Source: an uncultured Acidobacteriota bacterium (GTDB lineage Bacteria > Acidobacteriota > Thermoanaerobaculia > Gp7-AA8). From it: a DNA stretch of 12,842 bases. Position 1 is the stretch's first letter. Each line of letters starts with the position of its first letter. Location of the stretch: positions 1 through 12,842 of the forward strand of contig CAVUKB010000015.1 of NCBI GenBank assembly GCA_963741955.1, read 5' to 3'. Under the pieces are notes generated by a model. That model ran no database searches. It was not told the origin of the DNA and saw nothing but the letters and a program-made list of their open reading frames with translations. Positions 1-9,079 of the stretch are shown piece after piece. The position numbers and the translations under genes are program-made.

Positions 1-3
1 TTT

Positions 4-38
4 GAGAGGCGAGAGGCGAGAGGCGAGAGGCGAGAGGC
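4..38 (+). repeat. Heptamer tandem repeat (GAGAGGC)x5
   Basis: Five exact GAGAGGC units read directly. They are the reverse complement of the GCCTCTC/CTCTCGC units at 156-274. Confidence 0.9.
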
Positions 39-155
39 GCAGAATAATATTCTCTCGACGGACGTAAAGACAGAATGTTATTTCTTACAGCGGCCAGAAA
101 ACAGCATAAACTTCTTTAAAGCGGTCGGGCGTGCCGGAGTCCCACGCTGCTGAAC

Positions 156-274
156 CCCTCGCCTCCCTTCTCCCTTCTCCCTTCTCCCTTCTCTCGTCTC
201 TCGTCTCTCGCCCCTCGCCCCTCGCCTCTCGCCTCTCGCCTCTCGCCTCTCGCCCCTCGCCTCTCGCCTCTCAC
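156..274 (+). repeat. Degenerate heptamer tandem repeat, 17 units (CTCTCGC/CCCTCGC/CTCCCTT/CTCTCGT)
   Basis: The 7-nt phase is unbroken from 156 to 274. The tract is pyrimidine-rich and inverted relative to 4-38. Confidence 0.9.
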
Positions 275-334
275 GGAACGCCCATTGCACACGCAGATCC
301 GCGTTATTGAATGCAGGAGAACGGGGGGCAGAAC

Positions 335-1628
335 ATGAAAGCCGTCGTCTTTCACGCCATCGGGGACATCCGTCTGGAGGACGTTGCAGAGCCGAAAATT
401 CAGAAGCCGGACGGACGCCATCGTGCGGATCACCACCAGCGCCATCTGCGGAACCGACCTCCACATGATCCGCGGAACGCATGCCGGAAGCATGAAGAAT
501 GGGACGCATTCTCGGCCACGAGGGCGTCGGCATCGTGGAGGAAGTCGGCAGCGGATGTTCGCAACCTCCGCACGCGGTGACCGGGTCGTCATCCCTTCGA
601 CGATCGCCTGCGGTACCTGCTCCTACTGCCGTGCCGGGTACTACGCCCAGTGCGATCATGCGAACCCGAACGGTCCGAACGCCGGCACCGCGTTCTTCGG
701 AGGCCCCGAAGAGCAGCGGGTCCCTTCGACGGACTGCAGGCCGAGCATCGCACGGGTTCCTTACGCCAACATCGGACTGGTACGCGTACCGGACGAAGGT
801 TCGGACGATGATCAGGCGATTCTCGCTGTCGGACATCTTTCCGACCGGCTACATGGCCGCCGACATCGCGGAGATCGGGGCCGGGGACACGGTGGCCGTC
901 TTCGGTTGCGGACCGGTCGGGCAGTTCGCGATCGTGAGCGCGATGCTGCTCGGAGCGGGCCGCGTGATCGCCATCGATCGCGGTCGATTCGCGACTGGAC
1001 GATGGCGCGCGAGATCGGGGCCGAAGTCGTCAACTTCGAGCGTGAGGATCCCGTCGAGACGATCCGGCGAGCTGACCGGCGGAATCGGCGTGGACCGCGC
1101 GATCGACGCGGTCGGGAGTCGACGCCGAGACCGCCACCTCCGGACCGGCCGCACAGCGAAGCGAACAAGAAGAGCGACGAGTTCCGTGAGGAACGGAAGA
1201 CCGTCGCACCGGAGAAGCATCCCGAAAGGCGACCTCTGGCAGCCGGGCCATGCGCCGTCGCAGGTCATTGCAGTGGGCGGTGCAACTCGCTGGCCAAGGC
1301 CGGGACCCTCTCGATCATCGGTGTCTACTCCGCAGAAGCTCGAGACGGTTCCCGATCGGGAATGGCCATGAACCGCAACCTCACCCTGCAGATGGGCAAC
1401 TGCAATCACCGGAAGTACATCCCGATGCTGCTCGACCTCGTTCAAAGCGGAGCGGTCCGTCCGGACCGCGTGCTCACGCAGCATGCTCCGATGGCTTCGA
1501 TCATCGATGCGTATCAGCACTTCGACCAGCGCGAGCCCGGGTGGTTGAAAGTCGCCGTCGAGCCGTCGCAGGAGCGACACCGAGAACGGGTCGCGCGGGC
1601 CGAAGAAGAGAGACCGGAAATCCGCTGA
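335..1628 (+). CDS. Zinc-dependent medium-chain alcohol dehydrogenase (formaldehyde dehydrogenase-like MDR), broken by multiple frameshifts (likely sequence errors; pseudogene not excluded)
   Basis: Stitching frames 311/384/499/1250 gives [17 protein letters not shown]..., ICGTDLH (catalytic Zn Cys), [21 protein letters not shown] (structural Zn), LSDIFPTG, the GCGPVG Rossmann motif and a C-terminal GWLKVAV. ATG at 335, TGA at 1626-1628, roughly ten frame switches. Confidence 0.88.
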
Positions 1629-1760
1629 AGCGAACTTCATCAGAATCCAGGAGAGGACCGGACGGAAGATCCCGATTACTGCATATCGGAGTGCATTCTC
1701 AACGGCATCGCGGCGCGCTCTGCTCCGGCGGGGCGCAACGCAGCGCCGACGAGGCGTTCC

Positions 1761-2150
1761 TCAGCAGGTTCCGTGAGCGAGGAGCGCCACGTGCTTCCCT
1801 TCACCCAGAAGGCTGGTGAACGTCCGGCAGGCTTGGGGAGTCCGCTCGAGGCGGACGTCGGCGATGCCGTGATCCCGCAGTTCCTGAATGACGCTCTCCG
1901 GGCACTCGATCGCCCCATAGACGCCGACTCCGATCACCAGGGTGTCGATCCCGTGATCGTAGATGGCGGCGAGCATCGACGGGTTCAGGGAATGCCCCTT
2001 CCTCTCCTGCCACTCCGAGACCTCGTGCTCGATGACCCGGATGTCCTTTCCCATCCCGGTTTTTCCCTGCGGAGTTCGGGCATGTGTCTGGCCGAAGATG
2101 CTGAAGGTGCCCCAGTCGACCCATTCGACGCTCTCGGGAGTTCTTGCCAT
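1761..2150 (-). CDS. Mth938-like (DUF498/AAMDC family) protein
   Basis: 129 aa with strong AGGAGG RBS. It has the TLVIGVGVYG motif, a T-x-x-A-C helix and a C-terminal HGTC, resembling the HxTC terminus of AAMDC/Mth938 proteins. Confidence 0.8.
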   Translation of the reverse strand: MARTPESVEWVDWGTFSIFGQTHARTPQGKTGMGKDIRVIEHEVSEWQERKGHSLNPSMLAAIYDHGIDTLVIGVGVYGAIECPESVIQELRDHGIADVRLERTPQACRTFTSLLGEGKHVALLAHGTC

Positions 2151-2172
2151 TGAGTCTCCTCCTGTCCAAACC

Positions 2173-2203
2173 GGGCCGTGCGTGTCCGAACGGCCCCTTT
2201 TTT
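2173..2203 (+). terminator. Putative intrinsic terminator
   Basis: GGGCCGT (2173-2179) and ACGGCCC (2190-2196) form a stem, followed by C and TTTTTT (2198-2203). Confidence 0.5.
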
Positions 2204-2278
2204 GAAGATCGTTCCGAAACTACGGCTGTGCAAGAGTGGTGCGGGAGGAAAGGATCTCGCCTTTCCCGCCGCGGTCCG

Positions 2279-2284
2279 TATAAT
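2279..2284 (+). promoter_or_regulatory. Putative sigma70 -10 box for the 2-oxoacid dehydrogenase operon
   Basis: Perfect TATAAT in GC-rich intergenic DNA, ~240 bp upstream of E1 alpha. No convincing -35. Confidence 0.5.
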
Positions 2285-2524
2285 GTCGCGTCGAGCTCGT
2301 CCCGGAGGCGTTCGGGGCGGGCTGGATAGTTCGCAACCTCCGGTCCCGGGCGAGTCGAATGGATCGGAGCAGCGACGTCCCGGTCGTCTGACCGACGATC
2401 GTGCCGGTGATCCACCGGCGAGCACGCATCGTGAATCGTCAGCAGGAAGGCTCCCGGGCACCAACCGGATTCAGGTGGAGAGATCGGGAGGCGAACGCCC
2501 GTCCGGGCCGCCGGAGGAACCACA

Positions 2525-3568
2525 TTGACCGAACAGGCAGCGAACGCAGCAGAGATCGGCCTCCCGCGGGAGGCACTCCTCGAAATGGATTACTACATGA
2601 GGATGACGCGCTCGCTCGAAGAGCGGATCGTCATCCTTTTCAGGCAATCGAAGGTGATCGGCGGCATCTACCGCTCACTCGGACAGGAAGGTGAAGCGGT
2701 CGCGGCGGCATACGCGCTCGATTTCGCCCGCGGCGACGTCGTCTCTCCTCTGATCCGGAACATGGGAGCGATGCTCGTGGCGGGCGCGAAACCGCTGGAG
2801 ATCCTCCGTCAGTACATGGCGAAGGGAAACGCGCCTTCCCGCGGCCGCGATCTCAATATCCACTTCACCGATCTGGACCGCGGCTTCGTCGGCCCGATCT
2901 CGATGCTCGGCGACATGGTCTCGGTGATCTCCGGCGTGGTGCTCGCCCGTCGGATGCAGAAGCGCGACAGCGTGGGCATGGTGTTCATCGGAGACGGCGC
3001 CTCTTCGACCGGAGCGTTCGCCGAAGGGATGAACTTCGCCGCGGTGAAGAAACTCCCTCTGGTCGTGGTGATCGAAGACAACGGATACGCCTACTCGACA
3101 CCGACCTCACGACAGACCGCCGCGCGAACCCTCGCGGACAAGGCCATGGCGTACGGCTGTTTCGGCGAGACGGTGGATGGCAACGACCCAATCGCCGTCC
3201 ACCGCGCCGCCCGTGCCGCGGTGGATCGCGCCCGGCGTGGTGAAGGTGTGACCCTCCTCGAAGTGAAGACCTTCCGCATGCGCGGTCACGCGGAGCACGA
3301 CAATCAGGCCTACGTCCCGAAAGAGCTGATCGAGGAATGGAAGAAGAAGGATCCGATCGACCGCTTCGAGCGCTTCCTCCTCGATTCCGGAACGGCGTCC
3401 GAGGACGATCTCGAGCAGATCCGCGTGAGAATCCGTGCGGAGCTCGATCACGCGGTGCAGGAAGCGGAGGCGTCGCCGATGCCCCTTCCGGAGGAAGCGC
3501 AGTACGGCGTGTGGCACGGCGATGGTTTCTGGGAGAACCCGCCTCTCTGCGAGGGAGGTGAGCGATGA
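2525..3568 (+). CDS. 2-oxoacid dehydrogenase E1 component alpha subunit (PdhA/BkdA family, ThDP-dependent)
   Basis: TTG start after GGAGGA. Contains the GDGASSTG...EDNGYAYST ThDP-binding motif, GQEG, VDGND and the FRMRGHAEHD loop. Substrate (pyruvate vs branched-chain) is not resolvable. Confidence 0.95.
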   Translation: MTEQAANAAEIGLPREALLEMDYYMRMTRSLEERIVILFRQSKVIGGIYRSLGQEGEAVAAAYALDFARGDVVSPLIRNMGAMLVAGAKPLEILRQYMAKGNAPSRGRDLNIHFTDLDRGFVGPISMLGDMVSVISGVVLARRMQKRDSVGMVFIGDGASSTGAFAEGMNFAAVKKLPLVVVIEDNGYAYSTPTSRQTAARTLADKAMAYGCFGETVDGNDPIAVHRAARAAVDRARRGEGVTLLEVKTFRMRGHAEHDNQAYVPKELIEEWKKKDPIDRFERFLLDSGTASEDDLEQIRVRIRAELDHAVQEAEASPMPLPEEAQYGVWHGDGFWENPPLCEGGER

Positions 3569-4563
3569 CCGCCGAAGCTCCGAAAGCGGGTGGCGAGACT
3601 TCTTACGTCGAAGCGATCCGTCAGGCGATGTGGGAAGAGATGGAACGCGACGAGCGCGTCTTCCTCATCGGCGAGGACGTCGGAATCTACGGAGGCGCCT
3701 TCAAGACCAGCGCCGGACTTCTCGACCGCTTCGGCGAGGAGAGAGTGATCGACACGCCGATCTCGGAGACCGCGATCGTCGGCGCGGCCGCAGGAGCCGC
3801 GATGGCCGGGATGCGGCCCATCGCCGAGATGCAGTTCATCGACTTCATCTCCGTCGCATTCGACCAGCTGACCAACTTCGCCTCGAAGCTGCGATACCGC
3901 AACGGCTACGGCTGTCCTCTCGTCGTGCGCGGCCCTTCGGGTGGCGGCGTCCACGGCGGACCGTTCCACTCCGGCAATCCGGAAGCTTTCTTCTTCAACA
4001 CCCCGGGGCTGAAGATCGTCGCGCCGGGAACGGCGCGTGACGCCAAGGGACTGCTGAAAGCGGCGATCCGCGACGAGGATCCCGTGATCTACCTCGAGCA
4101 CAAATTCCTCTACCGCCGGATCAAAGAAGAGCTCCCGGCGGACGACTTCGTCGTGCCGATCGGAAAGGCCAACGTTCGTCGTGAAGGAAAGGACCTCACC
4201 ATTCTCACCTGGGGAGCGATGAACTACGTGGCGGACGAGGCGGCGGACGAGCTCGCGAAAGATGGGGTTTCCGTGGAGATCGTCGATCTCCGGTCGATCC
4301 GTCCGTTCGACGAGGAGACGATCCTCGCGTCGGTGGCGAAGACCAACCGCGCGATCATTCTCCACGAAGCGCCGCTCACGGGCGGAGCAGGGGGCGAGTT
4401 CGCAGCACGGATCGCGGAGAAGGCATTCGAATACCTCGACGCACCGATCCGCCGCGTCGCGTCGAACGACACGCCTCCTCCCTATTCACCGCCGCTCGAG
4501 GAGTTCTTCCTCCCGAACAGGGAGAAGCTCCTTGCGGTTGCGAAGGAGCTGTTGCGCTACTGA
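3565..4563 (+). CDS. 2-oxoacid dehydrogenase E1 component beta subunit (PdhB/BkdB family)
   Basis: ATGA overlap with E1 alpha. Motifs GEDVG..GG, DTPISE, EMQFIDF, GGGVHGGPFHS (more like branched-chain enzymes), EHKFLY and DLRSIRPFD. Confidence 0.96.
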   Translation: MTAEAPKAGGETSYVEAIRQAMWEEMERDERVFLIGEDVGIYGGAFKTSAGLLDRFGEERVIDTPISETAIVGAAAGAAMAGMRPIAEMQFIDFISVAFDQLTNFASKLRYRNGYGCPLVVRGPSGGGVHGGPFHSGNPEAFFFNTPGLKIVAPGTARDAKGLLKAAIRDEDPVIYLEHKFLYRRIKEELPADDFVVPIGKANVRREGKDLTILTWGAMNYVADEAADELAKDGVSVEIVDLRSIRPFDEETILASVAKTNRAIILHEAPLTGGAGGEFAARIAEKAFEYLDAPIRRVASNDTPPPYSPPLEEFFLPNREKLLAVAKELLRY

Positions 4564-4683
4564 TGGGAACGCCGTGTGCAAAGTTGACACGCGACCCCGG
4601 AAGCGGAAGGATTGAATCTCGCGCTCGCGTGAAGGGCGTCTGCGCGTGAAGAGAAATCGAGCGAACGAAGGACGAAGCGAGAC

Positions 4684-6054
4684 ATGGCTACCGATGTCGT
4701 AATGCCACAGATGGGCGAGTCGATCGCCGAGGGAACGATCTCCCGCTGGATCAAGAAGCCGGGAGAGAAGGTGGAACGGGACGAACCGATTCTCGAGATC
4801 TCGACCGACAAGGTCGACGCGGAGATTCCGGCGCCGGTCTCGGGGACGCTCACCGAGGTCCTGGCGAACGAAGGGGACACCGTCCCGGTCAACAGCGTGA
4901 TCGCGAGAATCGCGGCGGAAGGAGAAGCCGCACCGCCCCCGCAGGCCGCACCGGCACCGAAGCCGGAGGCGACGCACCCCTCTGAACCCGCCGAGCAGCC
5001 CCAGGCTGCGGCGCCGCAGCCGAAGCCGTCCGCTCCGGAACCGGCAGCTGCACCACAGCCGGCGCCGCAGGCCTCGCCGGCGCCGCAGGCCGAGGAGAAC
5101 GTCACGTCCCTCGAGGAACGGCGCCGCACCAGGTCCTCTCCGCTGGTCCGGAAGATCGCACGCGAGAACGACATCGACATCTCGCAGATCGAAGGGAGCG
5201 GCGTCTCGGGAAGAGTGACGAAAGACGACATCCTCGAGTACATGGAGCGGCCGCGAGCAGCAGCGTCCGTACAGCCGGCTCCGCAACCGCGACCCTCCTC
5301 TCCTCCCGCCGCGCCGCAGCGAGAGCCGGGGCAGCCATCCGCGTCTCCCGGGGGCGAGAACATCCGGATCGAGCCGATGTCCGTCATGCGCAAGAAGATC
5401 GCCGATCACATGGTCTTCTCCAAACGGACCTCCGCACACGTCAGTACCGTGTTCGAGGTCGACTTCACCGCGATCGACCGACTGCGCAAACAGCACAAGG
5501 CTTCCTATGCGGAGCGAGGCGTCAGCCTGACCTACATGGCGTTCATCATCCAGGCGGTGATCACGGCATTGCGCGAGTTCCCCATCATCAACTCGTCGAT
5601 CGACGGCGACAACATCATCTATAAAGACGATCTGAACATCGGCATCGCCGTCGCGCTCGATTGGGGACTGATCGTTCCCGTCCTCAAGCGCGCCGACGAG
5701 AAGAACATCCTCGGGATCGCGCGCTCGATCAGCGAGCTCGCCGAACGCGCCCGCACCAAGAAGCTCAATCCGGAGGACGTACAGGGCGGGACATTCACGA
5801 TTACCAATCCCGGCGTCTACGGCGGTCTCTTCGGACTTCCGATCATCAACCAGCCGCAGGTCGCGATTCTCGGAGTCGGAGGAGTGAAGAAGCGTCCGGT
5901 GGTGGTGGAGACGGAGGCCGGCGACGCGATCGTGGTCCGCTCCATGTGCTATCTCTCGCTCACCTTCGATCATCGAATCATCGACGGCGCGGTGGCGGAC
6001 CAGTTCATGGCCAGAGTGCGGTCCATCATCGAGGCGGGACAGTACAGCCTGTAA
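4684..6054 (+). CDS. Dihydrolipoamide acyltransferase (E2) of a 2-oxoacid dehydrogenase complex
   Basis: Single lipoyl domain (EISTDKVDAEIPAP), Pro/Ala linker, E3-binding domain (SSPLVRKIARE...GSGVSGRVTKDD), second linker and catalytic domain with GGTFTITN, PIINQPQ and DHRIIDG. Confidence 0.96.
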   Translation: MATDVVMPQMGESIAEGTISRWIKKPGEKVERDEPILEISTDKVDAEIPAPVSGTLTEVLANEGDTVPVNSVIARIAAEGEAAPPPQAAPAPKPEATHPSEPAEQPQAAAPQPKPSAPEPAAAPQPAPQASPAPQAEENVTSLEERRRTRSSPLVRKIARENDIDISQIEGSGVSGRVTKDDILEYMERPRAAASVQPAPQPRPSSPPAAPQREPGQPSASPGGENIRIEPMSVMRKKIADHMVFSKRTSAHVSTVFEVDFTAIDRLRKQHKASYAERGVSLTYMAFIIQAVITALREFPIINSSIDGDNIIYKDDLNIGIAVALDWGLIVPVLKRADEKNILGIARSISELAERARTKKLNPEDVQGGTFTITNPGVYGGLFGLPIINQPQVAILGVGGVKKRPVVVETEAGDAIVVRSMCYLSLTFDHRIIDGAVADQFMARVRSIIEAGQYSL

Positions 6055-6105
6055 GGGCGGCCGCTCGCGCGCGGAGACGGTGCAACACTGAGCTCCATTC
6101 TCACG

Positions 6106-6769
6106 GTGATCTTCCTGGTGGTCCTCGCGATCGTCGTCCCGGCGCTCGCGTGGATGAGCCGCCGTGCGCTCGAGAGCGGGAGCTCGGATTCCGCGGCTCC
6201 CGCTCTACGCAGAGGTGGTGGTCCTCCAGCTTCTCCTCTTCGGGCTGGCGATGCTGGTGGCGTGGAGCGGAGGACCTCGATCTTCAGCCGCCGGGCCCTC
6301 GACTCCCGATGGGTGGGTCGCCTGCGCGCTCCTCCTCGTGATTGCCACCGTCGCGATGTTGCTGAACCTCCGGTTCGGAACCGCCGAGCAGGATGATCCT
6401 CTCTACCGCATCGCTCCCGAGTCGATGAACGGAGAGAAGCTCGCATGGATCGGCGTTTCGTGCGTCGCGGGAGTGAGTGAAGAGGTGGTCTACCGCGGTG
6501 TGGCGTACGTCGTGATCCAGCGCCTGGTGCACGGGATCTGGCCTCCGATCCTGATCGCATCCGTGCTGTTCGGCATGGCGCACCTGACCCAGGGCATCCG
6601 CCGCAGCGCGCTGGTCGCGCTCTTCGGATTCGGCTTTCACCTCGTCGTCCTCTACTCCGGAAGCCTCTACCCCGCTTTCGTGGTTCACGCTTTGTATGAC
6701 ATCCTCGCCGGACTGGCGCTCGCCCGCGATCGCCGCCGGAGGAACTGGACCGAACATGCGACTCTGTGA
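6106..6769 (+). CDS. CPBP family (CAAX/Abi) intramembrane glutamic endopeptidase, with one frameshift near 6180
   Basis: The hydrophobic N-terminus in ORF 6106 joins ORF 6164. Motifs SEEVVYRG, LFGMAH and VVHALYD, plus several TM segments. Start codon uncertain. Confidence 0.85.
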
Positions 6770-7847
6770 GCTGCGCAATCTCGATCTCGTCACCTATGAG
6801 AACGGCATGCGGATGCAGCAGGAGCTGGTGACGCTCCGTCAGGAAGAGCGCATCCCCGACCAGCTCCTCCTTCTCCAGCATCCTCCGGTGATCACGCTCG
6901 GACGCAGCGGGCACTTAGAGAACCTCCTCGCGTCGCCAACCGCCCTCGCCATGGAAGGGGTGCGCTTCTACGAGACGACCCGCGGCGGCGACATCACGTA
7001 TCACGGACCCGGGCAGCTCGTCGGCTATCCCCTGATCTCGCTGGGTGAGGGACGCCGGGACGTCCGCCGCTACGTGACGAACCTCGAGGAAGTCATCATC
7101 CGCACCGTCGGAGCTTTCGGCATCGAAGCAGGGCGCTGGGAAATACACCGTGGTGTCTGGGTCGGACGCGAGAAGATCGCCGCGATCGGAGTCCGCGTCG
7201 CGAAATGGGTCACTTCCCACGGCTTCGCACTCAATGTCGATCCGAACCTCGATCACTTCAACCTGATCACTCCCTGCGGGATCCGGGATGCAGGAGTCAC
7301 GTCGATCGCCAGGCTCACCGGACGGAAGATCACGGTGGAGAAAGTCCGTGAAGCGCTCGTCCCGCATTTCGCGGAGGTTTTCGAACGGGAGGTCCGCCCC
7401 GCGCATCCCGATCTCGCCCTGGTGAAGGTCGTCGTGCACGACGGCTCTCGCATTCTCCTCCTCCACCGGCGTCCCGATTCGGGCGATTTCTGGCAGCCGA
7501 TCACTGGACGGATCGAAGCCGGCGAAGCTGCCGAAGCCGCGGCACGACGGGAGATCGTGGAAGAGACGGGAATGGGTGGAGAGCCGGAAGGCCTCGATCT
7601 CCGGCAGTCGTTCCTGATCGAGGCGAAGTACCTGAAGAACGCCTCGGATCTCCCGATCTTCGCGGACGAGATCGCGTTCGCGGCACGGATCGATGCGTCG
7701 CGAGCGCTTCGTCTCGACGCTGCAGAGCACGACCGCTACGGCTGGTTCTCCACCGACGAGGCGCTCGCGAAGATCCGATGGAGCGACGACCGCGAAGCGA
7801 TCGAGCGGCTCAGGCTTCGAGCGTTCTCGGCCGCTCCGGTGGGATGA
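6756..7847 (+). CDS. lipB: Octanoyltransferase LipB fused to a C-terminal Nudix hydrolase domain
   Basis: ATG 6756 after GGAGGA. LipB motifs HPPVITLGR, RGGDITYHGPGQLVGYP, KIAAIG, HGFALN and PCG. From ~7420 in the same frame: LLLHRR..FWQPITG and the Nudix box GRIEAGEAAEAAARREIVEETG. Confidence 0.93.
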   Translation: MRLCELRNLDLVTYENGMRMQQELVTLRQEERIPDQLLLLQHPPVITLGRSGHLENLLASPTALAMEGVRFYETTRGGDITYHGPGQLVGYPLISLGEGRRDVRRYVTNLEEVIIRTVGAFGIEAGRWEIHRGVWVGREKIAAIGVRVAKWVTSHGFALNVDPNLDHFNLITPCGIRDAGVTSIARLTGRKITVEKVREALVPHFAEVFEREVRPAHPDLALVKVVVHDGSRILLLHRRPDSGDFWQPITGRIEAGEAAEAAARREIVEETGMGGEPEGLDLRQSFLIEAKYLKNASDLPIFADEIAFAARIDASRALRLDAAEHDRYGWFSTDEALAKIRWSDDREAIERLRLRAFSAAPVG

Positions 7848-7892
7848 CCCGGCGTCCTCGGCCGGTTGTCACCCGATGAGAGATCGAAACGC

Positions 7893-8789
7893 ATGATCAA
7901 CAAACGCGCAGGAGAACGGCCCGAGTGGCTGAAGATTCGTGTCCCCGGAGACCTCGACCGCCTGCCGGTGACCCGACTGATCAACGACCTCGCCCTCAAT
8001 ACCGTCTGCCAGGAAGCCCGCTGTCCCAACATCTTCGAATGCTGGGCCGCAGGAACGGCGACGTTCATGATCCTCGGCGAGGTCTGCACCCGCCGCTGCA
8101 CGTTCTGCGCAGTGACGAAGGGCGCACCACTCCACGCGGATCCCGGCGAGCCGCGCCGGGTGGCGGAGGCGGTCGCGAAAATGAAAGTGCGACATGCGGT
8201 GATCACCACGGTGAACCGCGACGACCTTCCCGATGGCGGGGCGGAGCATTTCGCGAAGACGATCGAAGAGGTTCAGGAGCGGAGCGGCGCTTCGGTCGAG
8301 GCGCTGATCTCGGATCTGGAAGGCGATCGTGAAGCGCTCCGGACGATCCTGGCCGCGCGTCCAAGGTGCTCGCTCACAACATCGAGACGATTCCGCGGCT
8401 CTATCCGCAGGTGCGGCCGACGGCGAAGTACCACCGTTCGCTCGATATCCTCCGCTGGGCCTCCGAGGAGCGGCACGAGGGGATGCTGACCAAGTGCAGC
8501 ATCATGCTCGGGCTCGGAGAGAGCCCTGAAGAGGTCCTGGAGGTCGCTGCAGATCTCCGGGAGGCAGGTGTGGACGTCTTCACCATGGGTCAGTATCTCG
8601 CTCCGACGGAACGGAACCACCCGGTGCGGAGGTACGGCTGCCCGAGGAGTTCCGGGAGCTCGGCCGGGCGGCGAAACGACTCGGTTTCCAGCACGTCGAG
8701 TGGGACCTCTGGTCCGGAGTTCCTATATGGCGCATCGTGCCGTAGAATCTTCGGCCTGCCCCGCCGACGCGGAGAGCGGACTCGGATGA
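7893..8789 (+). CDS. lipA: Lipoyl synthase (radical SAM), frameshifted near 8360 and 8640-8700
   Basis: RPEWLK, CQEARCPNIFEC (auxiliary cluster CX4CX5C), CTRRCTFC (radical SAM) and RDDLPDGGA, then HNIET and GQYLAPT in ORF 8366 and GPLVRSSY in ORF 8568, ending at TGA 8787-8789. Confidence 0.93.
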
Positions 8790-8793
8790 CACG

Positions 8794-9070
8794 ATGCCTC
8801 GAGTGACGTTCGAAGATCAGGAGCAGACTGCCGACTTCGAGCCCGAACGAACACTCCTGAGCTGCGCCATCGAAATGGGGGTTGGATCAGCCATGTCTGC
8901 GGTGGCGACGGCGCCTGCGGCACGTGCCGCATCGCCGTAGTCGACGGATGGGACAAGCTCTCCCCTCCGACGCCCGATGAGACGTACAAGGAGCTCGAGC
9001 CGCCATACCGGTCAGCTGCCAGGCGAAGCTGAAAGGCGACGTCGTGGTGAAAGTCGCAAAAATCGAGTGA
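8794..9070 (+). CDS. [2Fe-2S] ferredoxin (absent from the ORF track because of two indels)
   Basis: Manual translation: MPRVTFEDQEQTADFEPERTLLSCAIEMGV / ISHVCGGDGACGTCRIAVVDGWDKLSPPTPDETYKELEPPYR / SCQAKLKGDVVVKVAKIE-stop. It has the CX5CX2C...R(L)SCQ motif; indels near 8885 and 9011. Confidence 0.88.
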
Positions 9071-9079
9071 GAGGAAGTC

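Noticed and set aside
78-836. Minus-strand ORFs with REARGER repeats (78-836, 116-592)
   Set aside because: They are translations of the heptamer tract and antisense to the dehydrogenase.
1715-1736. GC hairpin between the convergent adh and Mth938 genes
   Set aside because: No U-tract on either strand, so support as a terminator is weak.
4920-5355. Pro/Ala/Gln-rich low-complexity stretches in E2
   Set aside because: These are normal flexible linkers of E2 subunits.
3448-5973. Long antisense ORFs (3448-4365, 4486-5973 and similar)
   Set aside because: Shadow ORFs of well-supported + strand genes in high-GC DNA.
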